Below are positions 25,066 through 36,737 of a stretch of DNA of 64,000 bases, piece after piece. The stretch comes from Octopus sinensis (taxonomy: Eukaryota), in the NCBI RefSeq assembly GCF_006345805.1, contig NC_042999.1, forward strand, positions 37,448,001 through 37,512,000. Reading direction: 5' to 3'. The translations under genes and the position numbers were made by a program. The notes under the pieces were generated by a model. That model was not told the origin of the DNA. It saw only the letters and a program-made list of their open reading frames with translations, and made no database searches. How positions within the stretch are numbered: the stretch's first letter is position 1; each line of letters starts with the position of its first letter.

Positions 25066-25542
25066 TTTCGTCCTAAAAAACTTTGTATGGATTGAATGGT
25101 TACCTCTATGGAAATATATACACGCACATTATACATACATGTGTGTATAGATGAATATATAAATACATTTAAATATCTATATACACTTTTGGGCGATCTT
25201 TCTGTTTCTTAGAGATAACTTTAGATCTTATTCGTGCTAAAAAACTTTGTATGGGAGTGAATGGTTACCTCTATGGAAATATATACACACACGTTATACA
25301 TACATGTGTGCATAGATGAATATATAAATACATTTATATATCTATATACACTTTTGGGCGATCTCTGTGCTACTTAGAGATAACTTTAGATCTTATTTTC
25401 GTCCTAAAAAACTTTGTGCAGAGTGAATGGTTACGTGTATGGAAATATATACACACACATTATACATACATCTGTGTATAGATGAATATATAAATACATT
25501 TAAATATCTATATACACTTTTGGGCGATCTTTCTGCTACTTG
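25066..25542. repeat. Tandem repeat, about 165-bp unit x3 (probably Helitron-internal minisatellite)
   Basis: Units begin ttcgtcctaaaaaactttgt near 25066, 25230 and 25397. Confidence 0.8.
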
Positions 25543-25550
25543 GATATAGG

Positions 25551-25989
25551 GGCGATGTTTCGCTTGTCGTAGCACACGTTTCCGTCGATTTCCGTAAAAA
25601 ATGTAAACACTGAATCGGCCATACATACATACACACACACATACATACACACACACACACACATACATGCATACATACATATACACATAAACCGAGTAAA
25701 AAATTTCAGTTATCTCTCTCTTCACACATTACTCTCTCTGTCTCTTCACACACACTAACAGAAGCACTTCACTTACACAAAACATACTGTCTGTCTCCCA
25801 CACTCCATCAAACACACACACAACACATGTACATCAATGCGTCCCATGCACGGTAACTTCAAAAGAACTTCCCTCGTCATACAATCGCTTTCTCTTAGTC
25901 TCTTTCGCTCTCATTACTTATGTAAAAAAATAAAAAGTTTTTTACGGAAATCGACGGAAAACCTGTGCTACGACAAGCGAAACATCGCC
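25551..25989. mobile_element. MITE with 51-bp TIRs and 8-bp TSD (Merlin-like)
   Basis: TIR GGCGATGTTTCGCTTGTCGTAGCAC...; TSD GATATAGG at 25543-25550 and 25990-25997; GGNRM terminus. Confidence 0.8.
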
Positions 25990-26529
25990 GATATAGGTCT
26001 TATATTCGTCCTCCTAAAATACTTCCTGTAACACACTCACGCACACGCACGCACACACACACACACAACACAGCACCCTCACACACACACACACGCACAC
26101 ACACACTCACACACACGCAACGTTAGCTTACAATTTTATTTATATATTTGCGTGTCTATGTGTGTAAAGAGGAAGTGGCAGAGTGAAAGAGTCACTCACT
26201 ACAAAAGGTGAATTACTTTCATTTTATTCGTTGCACACTGTGTGTGTGGTGTGCGTGTGTGTGGTGGTGTAAAACACATTAAGAAAAGCATTTGACATAC
26301 ACACCAGAATGTGAGTTTTCTGTAAATTTTGCTTAATTGGAGTTTAAATTTTAAAAAGTGGACCTGGCAAAACCCGATGCATTCTACTCTTAAAAATGCT
26401 AAGTAAATTGTAATTGAAGAAATCCTATATTGTAGATTTCTATAACTGACAAAGGGAGGCAGATAAAATCTGCCTTTTATAATAAGAGATATATTATATA
26501 TATTATATAATATATAATTCTCTTTTATT

Positions 26530-26915
26530 TCTCTTTTACTTGTTTCAGTCATTTGACTGCGGCCATGCTGGAGCACCGCCTTTAGTTGAGACTTATTCTT
26601 TGTTAGCCCAGTACTTATTCTATCGGTCACTTTTTGCCGAACCGCTAAGTGACGGGGACGTAAACACACCAGCATCGGTTGTCAAGCAATGCTAGGGGGA
26701 CAAACACAGACACACAAACACACACGCATACAATAATATATATATACATATATACGACAGGCTTCTTTCACTTTCCGTCTATCAAATCCACTCACAAGGA
26801 TTTGGTCGGCCCGGGGCTATAGCAGAAGACACTTGCCCAAGGTGCCACGCAGTGGGACTGAACCCGTAAACATTTGGCTGGTTAGCAAGCTACTTACCAC
26901 ACAGCCACTCCTGCG

Positions 26916-26918
<3 letters not shown>
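26530..26918 (-). mobile_element. SINE family B
   Basis: Full-length copy matching the family. Confidence 0.88.
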
Positions 26919-26954
<36 letters not shown>

Positions 26955-29018
26955 TATATAATATATATATATATATATTGTATAGAGGGCATTATTACAC
27001 ATAAATGCCTCACCTAGGAGGGACAAAGTCATTACTACCAAATTATACTAATCATACCCAATGCAGTTTTTCAAAGCAAGACATTTAAAAAAATGAATTT
27101 ATGTCTGTATCACCGTGATTTCACATTCAACTTTACGTCTAATGATCGTCAGCAGAACTGATTCTGAATACATCATAATAAACTACCAACCTTACGTAGC
27201 GAAGACAAACAGACAACTGCTCACTCCGGCCAAGCACATGGAATGTTTATAAATCATATATCCGGTAAATGGCGGGCTTTTTTCGAACTGCATGTCGGGT
27301 AATGAAAAGTATTTCGGATAAGTTTAGCAATTAAGGATAATCTCTTAATAAGGGATCTTAACAAGAAATTATCGGGTAGCTAGCGTGAAAACCTCATAAA
27401 AGAAAAGAATTCGAAAATAATTTTTTTCTTTTGAACAAATTAATTATATCTATATTGTATAGAGGGCATTATTACACATAAATGCCTCACACTAGGAGGG
27501 ACAAAGTCATTACTACCAAAATTATAACTAATCATACCCAAATGCAGTTTTTCAAAGCAAGACATTTAAAAAATGAATTTAGTTCTGTATCACCGTGATT
27601 TCACATTCAACTTACGTCTAATGATCGTCAGCAGAACTGATTCTGAATACATCATAAATAAACTACCAACCTTACGTAGCGAAGACAAACAGACAACTGC
27701 TCACTCCGGCCAAGCACATGGAATGTTTATAAATCATATATCCGGTAAATGGCGGGCTTCTTACGAACTGCATGTCGGGTAATGAAAAGTATTTCGGAAT
27801 AAGTTTAACAATTAAGGATAATCTCTTAATAAGGGATCTTAACAAGAAATTATCGGGTAGCTAGCGTGAAAAAACCTCATAAAAGAAAAGATTCGAAAAT
27901 AATTTTTTTCTTTTGAACAAATAATTATATCTATATTGTATAGAGGGCATTATTACACATAAATGCCTCACACTAGGAGGGACAAAGTCATTACTACCAA
28001 AATTATACTAATCATACCCAAATGCATTTTTTCAAAGCAAGACATTTAAAAAAATGAATTTAGTTCTGTATCACCGTGATTTCACATTCAACTTTACGTC
28101 TAATGATCGTCAGCAGAACTGATTCTGAATACATCATAAATAAACTACCAACCTTACGTAGCGAAGACAAACAGACACACTGCTCACTCCGGCCAAGCAC
28201 ATGGAATGTTTATAAATCATATATCCGTAAATGGCGGGCTTTTTTACGAACTGCATGTCGGGTAATGAAAAGTATTTCGGAATAAGTTTAACAATTAAGG
28301 ATAATCTCTTAATAAGGGATCTTAACAAGAAATTATCGGGTAGCTAGCGTGAAAACCTCATAAAAGAAAAGAATTCGAAAATAATTTTTTTCTTTTGAAC
28401 AAATTAATCTATCTATATTGTATAGAGGGCATTATTACACATAAATGCCTCACACTAGGAGGGACAAAGTCATTACTACCAAAATTATACTAATCATACC
28501 CAAAAGCAGTTTTTCAAAGCAAGACATTTAAAAAAATGAATTTAGTTCGTATCACACGTGATTTCACATTCAACTTTACGTCTAATGATCGTCAGCAGAA
28601 CTGATTCTGCTTTGAAAAATGTCTTGCTTTGAAAAACTGCATTTGGGTATGATTAGTATAATTTTGAGTAATGACTTTGTCCCTCCTAGTGTGAGGCATT
28701 TATGTGTAATAATGCCCTCTATACAATATAGATATAATTAATTTGTTCAAAAGAAAAAAATTATTTTCGAATTCTTTTCTTTTATGAGGTTTTCACGCTA
28801 GCTACCCGATAATTTCTTGTTAAGATCCCTTATTAAGAGATTATCCTTAATTGTTAACTTATTCCGAAATACTTTTCATTACCCGACATGCAGTTCGTAA
28901 AAAAGCCCGCCATTTACCGGATATATGATTTATAAACATTCCATGTGCTTGGCCGGAGTGAGCAGTTGTCTGTTTGTCTTCGCTACGTAAGGTTGGTAGT
29001 TTATTTATGATGTATTCA

Positions 29019-29088
29019 GAATCAGTTCTGCTGACGATCATTAGACGTAAAGTTGAATGTGAAATCACGGTGATACAGAACTAAATTC
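29019..29088 (+). ncRNA. Type I hammerhead ribozyme (satellite monomer, representative copy)
   Basis: agttctg-CTGACGA-t-cattagac-gtaaa-gttgaatg-t-GAAA-TCAC-G-GTGA-TA-cagaact: 7-bp stem I, 5-bp stem III with 1-nt loop, predicted AUA cleavage after 29075. Confidence 0.75.
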
Positions 29089-29501
29089 ATTTTTTTAAAT
29101 GTCTTGCTTTGAAAAACTGCATTTGGGTATGATTAGTATAATTTTGGTAGTAATGACTTTGTCCCTCCTAGTGTGAGGCATTTATGTGTAATAATGCCCT
29201 CTATACAATATAGATATAATTAATTTGTTCAAAAGAAAAAAATTATTTTCGAATTCTTTTCTTTTATGAGGTTTTCACGCTAGCTACCCGATAATTTCTT
29301 GTTAAGATCCCTTATTAAGAGATTATCCTTAATTGTTAAACTTATTCCGAAATACTTTTCATTACCCGACATGCAGTTCGTAAAAAAGCCCGCCATTTAC
29401 CGGATATATGATTTATAAACATTCCATGTGCTTGGCCGGAGTGAGCAGTTGTCTGTTTGTCTTCGCTACGTAAGGTTGGTAGTTTATTTATGATGTATTC
29501 A

Positions 29502-29571
29502 GAATCAGTTCTGCTGACGATCATTAGACGTAAAGTTGAATGTGAAATCACGGTGATACAGAACTAAATTC
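29502..29571 (+). ncRNA. Type I hammerhead ribozyme (second plus-strand satellite copy)
   Basis: Identical to 29019-29088; core CTGACGA at 29514-29520. Confidence 0.75.
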
Positions 29572-29889
29572 ATTTTTTTAAATGTCTTGCTTTGAAAAAC
29601 TGCATTTGGGTATGATTAGTATAATTTTGGTAGTAATGACTTTGTCCCTCCTAGTGTGAGGCATTTATGTGTAATAATGCCCTCTATACAATATAGATAT
29701 AATTAATTTGTTCAAAAGAAAAAAATTATTTTCGAATTCTTTTCTTTTATGAGTTTTCACGCTAGCTACCCGATAATTTCTTGTTAAGATCCCTTATTAA
29801 GAGATTATCCTTAATTGTTAAACTTATATATATATATATATATAAGTTTAACAATTAAGGATAATCTCTTAATAAGGGATCTTAACAAG

Positions 29890-29926
<37 letters not shown>

Positions 29927-29930
<4 letters not shown>

Positions 29931-30110
29931 GGAGAATTCACAAAAAACAAAAGACGAAGACACGTGGTGTAGACAACAAACAAATGTATAGTATAACGCT
30001 CGGGAAGTGAAGAAGTCTTTAACGTTTCGAGCCTACGCTCTTCCACAGAAAGGAACACAGAAAGAAACAAGGAGAGAAGATAAAGAATGTGTAATGGCTA
30101 GCGATCTATC
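29927..30110 (-). mobile_element. PLE pseudo-LTR-type remnant with minimal hammerhead-like motif (30017-30052)
   Basis: Minus strand cttt-CTGTGGA-A-GAGC-gtag-GCTC-GAAAC-GTT-aaag; flanked by (TA)n. Confidence 0.6.
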
Positions 30111-30197
30111 ATATATATATATATAAACAGCGCGACACCTATGATTCAAAAGTTCAGGCCTGATACCTATATTACAAAGAATTATTTTAATCCGATC

Positions 30198-30420
30198 TTA
30201 AGGCGGCGAGTTGGCAGAATCTTTAGCTTATAGGATAAAATGCTTGGTAGCATCTTCTCCCAGTTCTTTAAGCTCTAAGTTCAAATTCTGCCAAGGACAG
30301 CTTTGCCTTTCATCTTTTCGAGATCGATAAAATAAGTATTAATTGAGGAGTTGGGCCGATGTAATCGACTAACCTCCGCTCGTAAAAATTTCTGGCCTTG
30401 TACCAAAATCTGAAACCATA
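30198..30420 (+). mobile_element. SINE family D (diverged)
   Basis: taaggcggcgagttggcagaat...gcctttcatcttttcgagatcgat. Confidence 0.75.
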
Positions 30421-32336
30421 TCAATCTGAGCTTACCAAGTAAAGGCAACAGCTTCAGGCATATTTCGGATTTATAAGACATGATAATGCAAAACTCCGCT
30501 TTGTACACACCAAAATAAGTTATAAGAGAACCAATATATAAAAGTATTAGTAATTTTTTCCTGAATACAGTAAGTATGGTGACACAGACTTAAATTATTT
30601 TTGCTGCGGATGGAATCCCTGGGTAAGTCGCTACATCTGCTGACTTCTTTCATTTTTTTCTTTTCACTGTAACTTGCAGCTTGCTACAAAACACAAGACG
30701 TTCAACAGAGTTGAGTCGCAGAATTAATATACAAATTAATGAAAAAATAAGTATTATTTTTTTAGTTGCTATTTTTACAGTAACCCTTAGTTAACTCAGA
30801 TCTAACAGACCTATGGATCAAAGATATTCTAAGAGCAATCATCCCAACCTTACCTAACCCAGTGTATCCCACCACACCTGTTTTGAGGATAGGACGGTGT
30901 GATTTAGGGAAATTTGGCTGCCTTTTCTAGAGGGTCAATTATACGAAATTCTTGGCCCTCGAGTCAATTCGTAATTTCTGCCGATAATAAATGTTCGTTA
31001 CAAATCCTGTTTTTAGAAATAGTAATTTCAAAGTAATGTCCCTTGAATTTCTTTTAAAGTTGCTTCCCTTGATCTAAACTAATTTTGTAGTCGGTAAAAT
31101 TACTCTCAGAAACAAAATGATATTTATGGTACTTCTGATTTTAGAAATATTATTAGATAATTAATCAATTAATGTTTTTTTCTTCCCTATTTTTTTTTCT
31201 GTCTTCAGCAGTGATTTCTCAAAATATGTTTGAAAGATTGACATTTCTCTTTCTCTAAAGGGAAAATTTGCAATTTATTTTTCGATGGTGAGAAATATAA
31301 CCCAATTTACAAAAAAGTAAACAGCTGGAAAATAGTTTTAAATAAAGAGTAAAAAAAACCCAGAAATCTGCAAATGAACAAAATAAGAACGTGCACACTC
31401 ATACATTGCGCCAGAGGGCACTGGTATTCTCCAGTTAAAAGAGCAAAACACTTAATGACATTACTACAGCAATTGCAAGCCTGAGGCATTGGATTAGCAA
31501 GACACCTTCCCAAGTATCATCTGATACTTCAATGAAATGGGATTCTACCGAAGTCAAAAACCTTTCTTGTCATCAGTACTCTCCAACATCCCAAAAACCG
31601 TAGGGAGAAAAAGTAATTACTGGAATTTCAGTGACTTATTTTATTTGGCTACTGACGCAGTAAGCCTCACCTCCAAACGCAGTTTCGAAGAGTTGTGATG
31701 GAGAAGAAAAGAAAAAAAGGTACAGAGAAGAAAGAAAGTCGCAAGTGCTGAAATTTCCTACAAAGCATCTCTATTTAGTTCAGATGCGAAGAGTGAGTCC
31801 ATTGGGTTTCTTCTTGTTGTATTCGGATAATTACACTGGTTCCAGAATTGAAGGAATCTTTACCCTAGCCATGGCTCATTTAATGATAAAAGTGATCATG
31901 TTGTAACAACTAAAGTGCATTTCATTAAAATGACAATCTGTAAAAAAATTCCAGAATTGAAAGATTTACTATAATGGACACATCATTTCCTTACATCACC
32001 TCCAACTCTGAAATCGGTGGAAATGAGGAACCTATCTGGGCTAAATAAACCACTGCTGGCTGCCACAGGTGAAGCTTCAGTCTAATCTATAGAAAATTTG
32101 GCATTCACAGAAAATTGGCAACATCCTAAGTATTGATTAGATTGATCAAAAAAGACAGTCGAAAATTTTCTTGACTATCATGTTTTTCAGATATATTGAT
32201 TTCTAACCTAGACAGAAGGCTGTATGTTTTAATGGGATAAAACAAAATCAATTACATTGATATACTGGCAATTATATAAAAAGAGATGTTTTTAGGAAAC
32301 CCAAGCTATCTATTTAGTGAAGATGGTACAGATGTT

Positions 32337-32560
32337 AAGGCGGCAAGCTGGCAGAATCGTTAGCACGCCGGACGAAATGCGTAGCTGTATTTCGTCTGCC
32401 GTTACATTCTGAGTTCAAATTCCGCCAAGGTCGACTTTGCCTTTCATCCTTTCGGGGTCGATAAATTAAGTACCAGTTACGCACTGGGGTCGATGTAATC
32501 GACTTAATCTCCTTGTCTGTCCTCTCTGTGTTTAGCCCCTTGTGGGTAGTAAAGAAATAG
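32337..32560 (+). mobile_element. SINE family D
   Basis: Full copy matching the family. Confidence 0.85.
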
Positions 32561-32784
32561 GTACAGATGTTAAAGCTAACATCATCATCATTTTTTAAGG
32601 TCCACTTTTCCATGCTTAAACGAGTCAAACGAAATTCATTTTCAAAGCCGATTTTCAATGGCTGGATGCTTTTCCTTCAGCCAACCCTTGCCTGTTTCCA
32701 AGCAAAGTAACATTTTCACATGGCTAGACATATTCTTCACAGAAGATTGGAAATGAATGATATCATTTGTATGACAGTAACACA

Positions 32785-33175
32785 CCTCACACACACATAA
32801 TGGCTGTCTGGTAAGATGCTTGCTTCCCAAAAACTTGGTTCTGGATTCAGTCCCACTACATGGCACCTCGGGCAAGTGTCTGCTACTATAGTCTTGGGTC
32901 GACCAAAGCCTTGTGAGTGGATCTGGTAGACAGAAACTGAAAGAAGCCCAACATACATGTGTGTGTCTCTTTGTGTTTGTACCCTCCCCACCATCATCGC
33001 TTGAAGACTGATGTTGGTGTGTTTACGTCCCAGTAGCTTAGCAGTTGGGTAAAAGAGAATGATAGAATAAGTGCTAGGCTTTAAAAAATCAGTCCCTGGG
33101 GTCAATTTGTTTGACTAAAACCCTTCAAGGCAGTCTGCAGCATGACCAGAGTCAAATGACTGAAACAAGTAAAAG
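32785..33175 (+). mobile_element. SINE family B (diverged)
   Basis: Matches the family body and tail. Confidence 0.75.
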
Positions 33176-33959
33176 AATATATATATATTTTTTTATATAT
33201 TTATTATTCTAGATGTTATAATGTTAAAAAAATTTTTTTTTTTAGTCGTTAAAGTATTAATTATTAATTGTTAATCCCGATAGACTGTACTCACACGTTT
33301 TTCTTATATGCTTGTCTAAATGAATTATGTTTCATCTTCTGGATTTATGCATCTATATTCTATGTATAAGAAAAAGCATTATGTGATTAAAATTTCAAGA
33401 TGTGATATGTTAGGTGGATGACCTTATATCTGTTGTTTGTTCTACAACCAAAGTTTATTATATTTGTCTCATTTACTTGAGCACTTCTATAGCAGTCCTA
33501 TTAAACATTTTGTTCCTGATAAGAAACTATCACTATTATTATTGATATATATATATACATGATGGGGTACTGACAACTTCCTGGTTTTATGGGTATCGTA
33601 AAAGTCCTGCTTGGAAGCCCGACCTTTCGAGTTTTTTTACGGGGCTTAGAAAATCTGAAGGACTCTGGCAGTATGTTGAATAAAATCATAATTGATCCTC
33701 TTGTATTTTATTTTACCCACAGCTAGGAACTTCTCAGCACCCACCCCCACCGAATATAAATATATATGCATTGACGTTAGGAAGGGCATCCAGCTGTAGA
33801 AACACTGCCAGATCAGACTGGAGCCTGGTGCAGCCCCGGCTTCCCAGACTCCGGTCGAACTGTCCAATCCGTGCTAGCACGGAAAACGGATGTTAAACGA
33901 TGATGATGATGATGATGATGATGCATCCAGTTGGCAAGAAAATAATTTTGGTTTTTTAG

Positions 33960-34628
33960 TGTAAAATAAAAGTCAATTTTTTTTTCATACAAAGAATGAA
34001 CTTTAATCAGTTATGTATTTTCCATTTTGTTTGATGACCGTTTGCCATCTTTCCGGCAACTTCATGATTCCATGCTCATAGAACTTCTGGTCCTTATCAA
34101 CCAAAAACTAAAGCAAGTGCGATTTCAGGTCATCATCATTATTGAAAGTTTTACCATTCAAGGAATTTTGCCAACTTTGAAGTAAATGGTAATCTGATGG
34201 TGCAAGGCCAGGGCTATATGGTGGATGTGACATCACTTCCCAACCAAGCTCCAATAATTCCTTTACGATTTGGCAATTCTGGCCGTCTTTCTTGGATTGC
34301 TTCCTCCAGTTTCATTAGTTGTTGACAGTAAACATCTGGATTGATTGTTTGGTTTCTTGGAAGCAGCTCAAAATACACAACACCTTTGTAATCCCACCAA
34401 ATTGACAGTATGACCTTTATTTTATGCAATTTAGCTTTCAATGTGGCTTGTGCTGAATCATTACACTTGGACCATGATCGTTTTCAATTGATGTTAATGT
34501 AAACAATCCATTTTTCACCACCAGTGATTATTCATTTAAAAAAGAAAGGTCAATTTCATTGCGTTTGAGATGCATATTGCAAATATTGATTCATTGTGTT
34601 AAATGAATCTCTTTCAATTTACGTAGAA
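33960..34628 (-). mobile_element. mariner transposase remnant (rearranged)
   Basis: KVILSIWWDYKGVVYFELLPRNQTIN (34214-34441) and HPPYSPGLAPSDYHL...LPERWQ in the adjacent segment. Confidence 0.85.
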
Positions 34629-35255
34629 CCCTGTCCAAGACACTTTATGTGATTTTCAATTGCTGTGTGTGATATATTTAACCTCTCTGCAATCTCTCAC
34701 AGTTTTAAGCATTCTTTTTTCCTACAATGTAAGAGTTGTAAATCTTACAATGAAGGAAAGTGAAGCATTAGTGATTCGAAAAGTTTCCATTTTTTTTTTC
34801 TTTTTTTGGCAAAAAGCATGAATTCCTACCAGAAGAAATGACCACTGCGTTGATAAGGTACTCAAACTCTATGATGAATGGAAAGGTTTACAGAAAAATT
34901 TGACTAGAACTGCAAGCAAGGAAAAAGAATAACTTTCGACGGAAATGATGGACGATCTCTTTGACGTAGCTCATTCAGATGCTTTGGGAAAGAGAAAAAT
35001 TGAAGAGGGTAATAAGTTCTTAATGCTTCAGTACCAAAAAGGACAACTAGGATCCATGGTTAGAGTAGATCAAAGACTAAAGCACAAGGAAGAAAGAGCA
35101 CTGAAGTGCACTTCAATGGAAACTGTCACGAAAAAAGTCTTATGAAGAAATGGAACAAAATTTTGCTATTCATTAGTTTGCTACATCAGAAACTGAAGAT
35201 TCAACATCAAGCAGCCAAAGCAGTGGTGGTGATGATGACAGTGAAAATTCCTCTG

Positions 35256-35930
35256 TCATCATCATCGTTTAACGTCCGTTTTCCATGCTAGCATGGGTTG
35301 GACGGTTCGACTGGGGTCTGGGAAGCCAGAAGGCTGTGCCAGGCCCAGTCTGATCTGGCAGTGTTTCTACAGCTGGATGCCCTTCCTAACGCCAACCACT
35401 CCGTGAGTGTAGTGGGTGCTTTTTACGTGCCACCTGCACAGGTGCCAGACGAGGCTGGCAAATGGCTACGATCGGATGGTGCTTTTTATGTGCCACCAGC
35501 ACGGGGGCCAGACGAGGCTGGCAATGGCCACAATCGGATGGTGCTTTTTACGTGCCACCGGCACTGGTATCACAGCTACAATTTCCATTGATGTTGATCG
35601 ATTTTGATTTTGATTTTCACTTGCCTCAACAGGTCTTCACAAGTAGGGTTTGTGTCACAAGAAGGAAAGGTATGCATAAGTGGGCTGGCTACGTCCCAGG
35701 TAGAAGCCACGGGTTATGGTCTCACTTGCCCTGCCTGGTCTTCCCACGCACAGCATACTTCCAAAGGTCTCGGTCTCTGGTCATTTCCTCGGTGAGACCT
35801 AAAGATCGAAGGTCGTGCTTCACCACCTCGTCCCAGGTTTTCCTGGGTCCACCTCTTCCACAGATTCCCTCAACCGCTAGGGTGTGGCACTTTTTCACAC
35901 AACTATCTTCATCAGCAACAGCATCAACTC
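35256..35930 (-). mobile_element. 5'-truncated RTE LINE (ORF end plus 3' UTR with (GAT)n tail)
   Basis: Reverse complement matches 58610-59595. Confidence 0.85.
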
Positions 35931-36339
35931 GAGGTACATTGCAATTTTTTTTACTCCCCGTCTCTCTGAAGTTTTTGATGGGTGTAAAATCACTGACAGA
36001 AATGGGGTTTACATATTAATGGCTGCTGCAGAAGCTTTTGGGCATGACATTGAAACCCTAGTAATAAATCGTACGTCTTTTCAATGCCTTAGAAAAAACT
36101 TTAGAGAAGCAAGACACACAGAAATACAGCACAGATTTAATCTAAATAACTGTCAATAATTAGTGTTGCACTGGGATGGAAAGCTCCTCCCAGCACTCAC
36201 AGGTATTGAAAAGGTTGGTAGACTGGCAATAATAGTAACTTTCCAAGGCAAGTAGTAATTGTTGGGAGTCCCTGAAATTCCAATATCTTCAGAACAGCAA
36301 GCCATAGCTGTTTACCAAGCAGTGGAGAAATGGGGTATA

Positions 36340-36737
36340 TCTTTATATATAAAAGTAAGGTTGTGTGTCTGTCTCCTACGATTTAGATTCCTAACTACTC
36401 CCACATTTTGCGGTGCAGTTTAACCAAAACCGGGTATCTTATAGTCGTGATTCATATCGAGCCCTTCTGGATATTAGCGCGCATCTACGATGAGTCTACG
36501 ATTTAAAATAAAATTTACCATCATTTTTTCCCCATTTTAATGCATTTTTTCGCTATTATATAAGGGAAGTAACTCTCTAGAAATGTCTACGATGAGTCAA
36601 AGATTTAAAAAAAATTTACCATCATTTTTTCCCCATTTTTAATGCATTTTTTTGCTAATTTTTGGCTATAACTCTCTAAAAATGCTTATATAGTTATTTC
36701 CCTTACAAACCTGAGCAACGCTGGGCGATACTGCTAG
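36340..36737 (+). mobile_element. Complete non-autonomous Helitron (398 bp)
   Basis: 5' TC, 3' hairpin cctgagcaacgctggg plus CTAG, inserted between A and T; removing it restores the host transposase frame. Confidence 0.88.

Larger units (their letters stand above)
26972..29826. repeat. 483-bp tandem satellite (about 6 units), one type I hammerhead per unit, internal inversion at about 28610 (candidate non-LTR retrozyme array)
   Basis: Units start near 26972, 27450, 27932, 28414 (HHR on minus), then reversed units (HHR on plus at 29019-29088 and 29502-29571, cores 483 bp apart). Confidence 0.9.

Noticed and set aside
26972-29826. Repeated ORFs MISHSTLRLMIVSRTDSEY... as a multicopy gene, or the array as CRISPR
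   Set aside because: The ORFs are disrupted by indels in some units and overlap the antisense of the ribozyme; the units are near-identical with no unique spacers, in a eukaryotic context.
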